Assembly (NCBI GenBank): GCA_003693705.1
Contig: RBZT01000820.1
Span: forward strand, 1 to 57,187
From: Polymyxa betae A26-41
Lineage: Eukaryota > Protista > Endomyxa: Phytomyxea
Direction: 5' to 3'
DNA: 57,187 nt
How positions within the stretch are numbered: position 1 is the first letter of the stretch; each line of letters begins with the position of its first letter. Position numbers and translations under genes: made by a program. The notes beneath the pieces were generated by a model that was not told the origin of the DNA, did no database searches, and saw only the letters and a list, made by a program, of their open reading frames with translations. Below are positions 49,754 through 57,187 of the stretch, one piece after another.

Positions 49754-51075
49754 ATGCAGCCGATGGTCAAGGTGAGATCCTTTCCCCGATACCAGCCTTT
49801 TCATCTGGCTGAACGAATTGCAATGACAGAGCCTGTTCGGGTTCGGGAGCAGTACGACGATCGATGTGGAGTTCGGCGACCAGGCCAGCATTCAACGTGT
49901 GCCGGTCAAGGATCTCAGCGACCTGAATTCGAAGGTCGAGCTGCCGTTGTTCATGAACCTGGATAATATTACAGGTGTTGTCCATGTTAAGATACGGCCC
50001 GGGAAGAAACTCGAACATCAGGGCATCAAGATTGAGCTCATTGGTCAGGTTGGCAGATGGACAGAATCGTTGCGTGTTGGGCTTCATATCTGAGAACGAA
50101 TAGGTTGAGCTGACACAAGAAAGGGGAACACCGAAATACGTCTTCTTATCGCTGCTGAAAGAACTGGAACAACCTGGTGAAATGGTCTCTGTTTTTATAA
50201 GACGGTGCTGATTCATTGTCTGAGCTCTGTTGTTCAGACGAACTCGAAATCGTACAAGTTCGAGTTCAGCCATGTCGAGAAACAGTATGAGTCGTATCGC
50301 GGCCGTAATGCTCGCCTTCGATACTTTGTTCGGGTTAAAATCCCTCGACAATACGCCACCTCGTATAAGCCGGCTCTGTCATCTATTTCGACGTCTCCTG
50401 ATTCGATGTCTGCAATAGAATCACAAAAGAATTCGATTTTGCGGTCCAGAATATTATCGAAGCGCCCGAAATCAACAATTCCATCAAAATGGAAGTGAGG
50501 TGGTTTCTTATCATGATTTGGCTATTTTTCTAACGGATATCAACAGGTCGGTATTGAAGACTGCCTGCACATCGAGTTCGAATACGACAAAGATAAGTAT
50601 CATCTGAACGATGTCGTCATCGGGAAGATCTATTTCCTGCTAGTTCGAATCAAAATCAAGCAGATGGAACTGCAGATTCTACGAAGAGAGTCAGCAGTAC
50701 TTCGTCCTTCGTTTTACCGATTCTAAACCTGTATAGGACGATTGGAGTTGGTACCAATGTGCATAACGACACCGAAGTTTTAGGAAAATACGAAATCATG
50801 GATGGCGCTCCGGTTCGTGGTGAATGTGTTCCAGTCAGGCTGTAATATGAAACCATTCTGGCAGTAAAATCGTTTCGCTGATCGGTTCCTGGATCAGGTT
50901 CATGGAGGCGTACGACCTGAGCCCGACCATGAAGGACGTCTACAACAAGTTCAGTGTGCGATATTTCCTCAACCTGGTCCTGATCGACGAGGAAGATCGG
51001 CGATATTTCAAGCAGCACGAGATCCAGATCTGGCGCCAGGATCGCCAATCCAATACCGGCGTCGCTGCATCCTAA
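49754..51075 (+). CDS. VPS26: Retromer subunit VPS26
   Basis: [97 protein letters not shown]. Confidence 0.98.
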
Positions 51076-51096
51076 CAAAATTGTCACCAACTATTA

Positions 51097-51304
51097 AACA
51101 GTTTTAGATCGTCAAGACCGTAACTTTGCAAAATTATTTTGATCCTCTGCTGGAATCTGCTTATCTGCCTATGTCGAAATTTTGTGATTATTTCTGATAA
51201 CAGTTTCAAATCATCAGGATCGTAACTTCGCAAATTATTTCTTTTCATTAATTGGTCTTCTGTTGCTTATCTGCTTCTGTCGAGATTTTGTGGTTATTTC
51301 TAAT
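51097..51304. repeat. Diverged tandem duplication, two copies, period about 102 bp
   Basis: Copy 1 aacagttttagatcgtcaagaccgtaactttgcaaaattattt...tgcttatctgcctatgtcgaaattttgtgattatttct; copy 2 aacagtttcaaatcatcaggatcgtaacttcgcaaattattt...tgcttatctgcttctgtcgagattttgtggttatttct. Confidence 0.85.
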
Positions 51305-51360
51305 GAGAGGTGTTGATATTGAGTTGGTTCGAAATCGACTAACTGCGCCGGTCATCAGAC

Positions 51361-51627
51361 ATGATGTTCAAGCAAGCCAAGGCTGGAGAGCGAGCAGCGT
51401 CGACGCCCGTCCAGAAGAACGACGTCTGGTCGCGACTGGATCGCTGCAAACAGAAGGCGGTCGATGTTGGGAAGCAGGTCGTGCATTGGGGATTCGTCCC
51501 GTTCATTATCGTTCTGGGCTGTCAGGCTGGATCTGATCAGGTTTGTCCCATCTGCAATCTGCAGTTTCATTCTGATGAGTTGTTGTCGTTTTAGGTGCCT
51601 TTGTTCGAAGCTTTAATCCCTATATAA
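51361..51627 (+). CDS. TOMM7: Mitochondrial import receptor subunit Tom7
   Basis: KQVVHWGFVPFIIVLG matches the Tom7 HWGFIPxVIxLG signature; intron 51541-51594, last exon VPLFEALIPI*. Confidence 0.85.
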
Positions 51628-51934
51628 TTGTCATCGCCAAGCTCATCTGCCGCCATTCAATCGTCAAGATTCTCACCTCTTTATTTTTGCATAAATCCTC
51701 GAAATCTACGAAATCAGCTTTTATTGTGCCAAATCTTAGTAAAACTTGAGGAGTTCAAATCTAAAAGCAACCGCGAATCAATCTTTTACAACCATTCGCT
51801 GGCTTTGCGATTTTTTTGAAATGGAAACTCAATTCAAGAAGGTGCTGTTTTGAGTGTGTGAAGCATCCTTTGTTGTGAGGAAACAGTTTAGAAGCGAAAT
51901 CGAGCTGATGCGAATGTGACGGAGTTGGAGACCA

Positions 51935-53463
51935 ATGGCAGATGACGACGACATCGAAGAGGGCGCTTGCCTCGACCTGCTCACACCTCTGCAGCGCTAT
52001 AGGCGCGGGAACACTCTCAGCGTTAGCGATATCGCTCAGCAGGCATGGTGTGAGCTGCAAACAGGTTCGTCATGACGCCTTCATCGCATCCATCATGGGC
52101 ATTGATATTCGTGCAGCATTCAGTCTGGAGGTTCGATTAAATCGTGTATGAATGAGTTCGAGATTCGGATTCAGGTTTCGATAGTATCGTCGTAAGACGA
52201 CACCCGCCATGAAGTTGGGCACGAAACGGCACCGGGAGATGGAGCTTGAAGTTCACGAACTTCGCGAAATTCAAACTGTGACAGCCGAAGATTCCTGGGC
52301 CTGCAGTAAGCAGAAATTCTGTGATTTTTTACGAGAATTAAGGATTATGGTGTAGAAATGATCAACACGATATTCTCGATTGGTATTCGAAGCACCAACA
52401 ACCGAAATCCTTGCTGGATTCTAATGCAACGTTCTGCAGGAGAGTTGCTAACCACAGGCAGAACCCGCGAGTTACATGTTTTTGGGAGTCTCGATCCGCT
52501 TCGATATCTGCTTCAGGAATCCAATGACGAACAATCTTGGGCGATTGGTATCATCGATCTGATCGAGCTGCACCCGCCTTCACAACATGACCAGTAAACA
52601 GCTGATTTCCGTTTTCCGCTTTCCCTTCAACCAGTGTCTCTTCTGGGATTCCATTTTCATTTAGCATGACGCAGGCAACGAGAGGAAGGTCTGATTCCAT
52701 TCCTGGTTGATAACAAGACCCGGACGGTGGCGTCAGTTCCCGGATTCGCTCAGAAACGAACATCTCGCATGCAGATGATGCTGTACAAGTTCCTGTTCGA
52801 TAATCTGGTCTCGAATCCGTCCTCGGATTGGATCGCCGATTTCCTCAAAGCTCGCGATCTGAATCCGATGGCGATCAGCACCTCTCCCGACGTCGTTACC
52901 GAACTTCAGAAATTTGATCTGCAAGACAGGAATCTGTTACAGATTTGTATAGCAGCTGTGAATAGTTTTCAGGCCGTATCCCGATCCAGTAGCATGCTGA
53001 AAGTATGGTTTGGCTTTATCGTACAATTTGTTCATGTTCTATTACACGAATCGTCTGGCTTGCTTCTGTAGCTCGCATTAGGGCTTATGGGCCCGATGTC
53101 GTGGCTTTCAGCTTCTGATTGATTTGCATAATGCGTCGATATTGCCTTCTAACCGTGTTCAAAGGTGGTTTATGAGCTTCAAGGGATGCGAGCTCAACTC
53201 GGAGAAGACATCTGGAGGTACGACCATGATCATCTTCAAGGCGATGTCGGATATTTTCTAGAATTCTGGACCGGGTTAAGAGGACCCAATCCCGTCTTGT
53301 AAGACGCGATCTTGTCACAGCGGATTATGGAATGTGAATTCGTCATAGATCGGGGGAGGCCTGGAAATGTCGTTCGTGTCAATATCGTCAGATGTGTTCG
53401 CAATCACCATATCAGCCACGTTTACAATCGGATCAGCAGCATTCTGCATCCGATCATTCTTGA
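51935..53463 (+). CDS. EXO5: Exonuclease V (EXO5/Dem1) family Fe-S nuclease, multi-exon
   Basis: TPLQRYR..LSVSDIAQQAWCELQ, AMKLGTKRHREMELEVH, TAEDSWA, GRTRELHVFG, GIIDLIE, DNKTR..P..AQ..MQMMLYK, EAWKCRSCQYRQMC. Confidence 0.9.
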
Positions 53464-53503
53464 ATAAATACACTGTTTTATTATTATTGAGAATTTGGGA
53501 CAA

Positions 53504-55032
53504 TTAGGTGGATAGGATCGTGAGCGCTCGACGTTCAGCTTCGAGAGCGTCGAAGTAATCCATGGCACAATCCTCAAGCCATGAGCTGGAATTCAACCGT
53601 ACTTGCTCAAGGAAGCCAACATGGCCGCCGCCCGGAACAATATTCCTGTACGACCATATCGATTAGAGGAGATGGACAGATCAGGAGGACTCACATAATG
53701 ATGTTGGGGTTGGAGCGGAAGCTGTCGATCGGGATCGAGTTCGCCAAGCAGATCGGGTCATCTTCGGATTGGATACAGAGGAGAGAGGCGGTCACCAGGC
53801 CGACCTTGTCATCTGTGCTACAAGCGGCGTAATATTCAGCGACCGATGAGAACTCTTCCGATGTCGGCACATTCACCAGCTCGTCATAATCACGCAGAGT
53901 TCGACACGAATATACACGCTTGATGTCGATCGTTGTCTGCAAACAGCATTTAGACAGATCCGTTTCGATGAAGAGAGAAACCACCTGCTGAAAGACGTGT
54001 TCGTGTTGCCGGAACCAATGCAACATTCTCAGACAGAAGCCACGATTGAGAACGTGACGAGAGAATGATAATGGACGTTCCATATGAGCAGCTGTTCGAT
54101 CCATATTGAAATTGGTGCTGATAGCGACAGCGCCCTGAACCAGGCCAGTATTACCACACTCTTCTGAGAGGAAACGGATCAAGACAGTGCCTCCCATCGA
54201 GAATCCGATGGTATATAACGGGGTCTCTCTATCAATATACTTCGATCTGATTAGGGATACAACCTGCGGCCTTATCAGCGCTGGGAAACAGAAACCAGGG
54301 GAATACTGGACCTGACGTAAATCCGACGTTCGTGCAGCATTGAAACTGACGGCCGTATACAGCTGATTACCACCACAGCCGCGATTGTTCATCAGCTGCA
54401 AAAGCAATGTAATCAGCAACCCCGAGGCGCCCAGTACGACCCGCTACAAGAGACATACAACGCATTGATAGCCTCGCCTGGTCGCCTCCCGAACCATATG
54501 CTTACAGTACGATGCCATACTGTGTCCATTAATTCCTATTAAAAGGGTGAGATAGAAGATTGACGCCCTTTATAACGGAGACAGACCATGTAGTAGCAAG
54601 AGGGTCTTCCTCTTCGGGTCGATACCATCAACAGCCCAATCGATAGAGACAGCAGCACCGCATGATAATGGCACTGATACACGAAAATATCGAGGTAGGT
54701 CAGGGACATGCTCACGAAGTGTGGCTGATACGATCGAATGAATGATGGGATTCGCCTGCGATCACCGAATCAGAACTCGAAGCGATCAATCGGATGGTCC
54801 CAGAAGAGCCAGTACGTAGGGGAATGGCAGGCGATAATCGTTGAACCGTGGGCAGCGGGCCAGTATGCGCCGGTTCCGCTCGCTATCGACGCAAACGATG
54901 ACGTGCGCTTTCAACCTGCTCACTGCAATGAGGCGGGATGGTAATGACGAGAGCGAGAAAGAGATACCTCTTCCTGGTCCAGGCCCATGTATACCATGAT
55001 ATACCAATCACTATAATGATAATAGTGATCAT
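53504..55032 (-). CDS. Alpha/beta-hydrolase, ABHD1/2/3-YheT family, N-terminal membrane anchor
   Basis: LLLLHGING, NNRGCGG, GFSMGG nucleophile motif, RTLRDYD, EYYAACS, IQSEDDPIC, GGHVGFLE. Confidence 0.92.
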
Positions 55033-55223
55033 TAATACAATGACAAAGCCTATGTTCCCGGCCCAGGGGCCCCGGAAAATGTGATCTGGCAGTGACGCAG
55101 CTTTACAATCCAGTGTCCGGGCTAGTCACAAATCCACGCAATTTCTACAGTTCCGTTTTCATTCGAACCTCGCCCAGGTTTTTTGGCGCGGCGTGAGGTA
55201 CTGTTAGGGATAAACCCTTTTTT

Positions 55224-55446
55224 GGAAAATCCAGGTTCGCGACAAAATCCGGTGGTTTACACAAATTGGTAGAATACAGTATTGGACAAAGCCAAACGGA
55301 CTACTCAAAAGGTGTGTTGGGACAAATCCAACCGGACAGAGGCACACGGAAAAAACAGGTTTTGCGCCACAATTCCGTTTTTCAGTCGAAAATCGTTGTC
55401 AGAGTTGGATTTTACCACAGGATGTTGTCGTAAAACTGGATTTCCC
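55224..55446. mobile_element. MITE-like element with imperfect 32-bp terminal inverted repeats
   Basis: Left end ggaaaatccaggttcgcgacaaaatccggtgg versus reverse complement of right end gggaaatccagttttacgacaacatcctgtgg: 26/32 identical. Interior is non-coding; no clear target-site duplication. Confidence 0.6.
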
Positions 55447-55572
55447 GTGGCATCGATTTGCGCCAATGCCCAATAGCATTTGCCAACACCACAATAGCAT
55501 CGGAATTGGCTGCGAGGTTGTAATAAATGACCCTTGCAAGCTACTTGCGTTATAATAATGAAAACGGTCACT

Positions 55573-55658
55573 GGCGGAGACAGGTCGATCGTGCATTCGC
55601 TCCTGCACACATCGACCTGTCTCCGCCGATCGTGCATTCGCTCCTGCACACATCGACC
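55573..55658. repeat. Perfect 17-bp inverted repeat overlapped by a 32-bp direct repeat
   Basis: ggcggagacaggtcgat (55573-55589) / atcgacctgtctccgcc (55611-55627); cgatcgtgcattcgctcctgcacacatcgacc at 55586-55617 and 55627-55658. Confidence 0.95.
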
Positions 55659-56223
55659 GGTTTGATGTACTTTGAAGCTTGCACTCTTTGTCAAACATTT
55701 TCACAGTCAATGTTACACTTTCGCCGTCTCTGCTAGTTAAATGCTCTAATTTAACACTCCAAGATAATGATGGTCACGTTTATTGCCCGGACCGAAGTCT
55801 AGATAACTGTGTATGCCATCAGAGCCGGGTCGTCCTGATGGCCGTTATGATAGGGCTGTTTGATGACCGTGTATATCATTATGCGCTGGAACGTACAACT
55901 GGTGCACGACCTTCAGTCGATTTTCGGGCCTTTATCTAAGAACAGCTCTGACCAGCATTTGCAATCGGCAACTGTTTCAAATTTATCATCAGCGCCGAGG
56001 TCACTGTTCGGCTTGAATTGCAAGTTTCTGCTCTTCAAAAATGGATGCCCATGACAGTATAGAATGTACCTTAGTTAGGCGGGCTCAAGTCTACATTCAA
56101 TGAGCCATATTGTCAACGCCCTATATCGGATAGGGGTTATGTCATCAATCGGTTCCGCAGCTGCTTGACCTGGTCGGGTTTACGAGAACGTCTGCGGTTG
56201 ATCCTTGGTCTTGATATCACCGA

Positions 56224-57187
56224 ATGTCGGTCACCATCATTGCGTTGTTCTTTCTTTACATTGTCCCGAGCAGTCATGCAGCCGGTCTGGGACGCGGGGG
56301 ATGGGTGCGTCAACAGCAATAATCTGAAAAGAAGTTTCATCCACATTATTATGACCTGGCGCTGGAGATTTATCTGGGTCCACCAGCTCACAACGATGCC
56401 TGGGAAGATGATATGATTCGATGTCTATCAAGCGGAAGTTTCACTGCTGTCGTTCATGGCGTTTGGGGTGCTGGGAAATCACGTCTTGTTGAGGCCCTGA
56501 ATGGGATACGCCCTGGAACAATATCTGGAGATAATTCACAAACCACTCGAGAATGCATCCTTTACGATGATTTTAGTGTTGGTGATGACACCCTGTATCT
56601 AATCGACACTCCGGGTTTTCGAGAAGAACCCAGTGCTGCTGATGTTGCTTTTGTGCAACAATCCAAGAAATTGGTATCACAAATTGACGCTCCCTTAAAG
56701 CGAATCTATTTTATGTTAGATTTCAACGAACCGAGAAATCACATTCCCCCTGGATTGGAGACTCAGCCGCAAACGCTGTTTTCAGCTTACGGTCCAGAAA
56801 TGATTGACTGTTTCCGATTTGTTATTAGCAATTGTGACCGTCTGAATTATCGTCGGGAATTTTACGATGATGCGAAGCAACGCTTAATACGAACATTTCG
56901 TGAAGCAATCGGAGTCGAGATGGCACAAGATTCTGTTCTGTTTATTGCTTGTTCTAGTCGCAAGGGCACAATTGTTTCAACCATTTGTTTTTGGATCTGC
57001 AACGAGTTGTCCCCAATACTGACATCTTTTCAAATGGAAAGGGTCTTCAACAACCTGTTCAACTGACACAACGAGTTTCTGCTGAGCCACGAGATTCTGA
57101 TCACGCCAATACTGACAATGCTGCTGATAAAGAACAGCAAGATAATGCTGCTGATAAAGAACAGCAAGATAATGTTGCTGATACAGA
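56224..57187 (+). CDS. Signal-peptide-bearing P-loop GTPase (AIG1/GIMAP- or MMR_HSR1-like) with acidic repeat tail; runs off the window
   Basis: Exon 1 MSVTIIALFFLYIVPSSHA-AGLGRGGW|gtgcgt splices in phase 0 to the 56413 frame. G1 GVWGAGKS, G2 SQTTRE, G3 LIDTPGF, G4-like SNCD. A putative 44-nt intron (56914-56957) leads into the frame ending in DNAADKEQQ repeats. Confidence 0.7.
57115..57187 (+). repeat. 27-bp coding tandem repeat (DNAADKEQQ)n, truncated by the window edge
   Basis: gacaatgctgctgataaagaacagcaa / gataatgctgctgataaagaacagcaa / gataatgttgctgatacaga. Confidence 0.9.

Overview
Gene-dense eukaryotic nuclear DNA (roughly mid-40s % GC by eye) with many short (about 40-60 nt) spliceosomal GT-AG introns and very short intergenic gaps. 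The ORF track therefore fragments most genes, and I rebuilt them by reading splice sites. Intron size, compaction, centriole/flagellum genes and small secreted proteins suggest a zoosporic protist parasite, most like a plasmodiophorid (Phytomyxea, e.g. Spongospora); this is inference only. About 27 genes are present: XMAP215/ch-TOG-like, U1-70K, a C2H2 zinc-finger protein, proteasome beta3, Pol I RPA34-like, CEP295-like, NF-YB-like, focadhesin/RST1, RPL27A, a NIPA transporter, a stand-alone longin, a large TPR protein, importin-beta, CCDC51/Mdm33-like, a small secreted protein, a helix-only Survivin-like protein, C12orf56-like, a class II HDAC, an unknown helical protein with PAM2-like motifs, RNF32, MORN3-EF-hand, CDK10-like, VPS26, TOM7, EXO5, an ABHD hydrolase and a signal-peptide-bearing AIG1-like GTPase. 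The most notable observations are: (1) an XMAP215 that begins at TOG3 and lacks TOG1-TOG2; (2) a BIR-less, helix-only Survivin-like microprotein; (3) an apparently secreted P-loop GTPase with an acidic repeat tail, downstream of a MITE-like element and a template-switch hairpin; (4) protist homologues of CEP295, CCDC51 and C12orf56; (5) several GC-AG introns. All family assignments come from remembered motifs, not database searches. No rRNA, tRNA or CRISPR was recognised.
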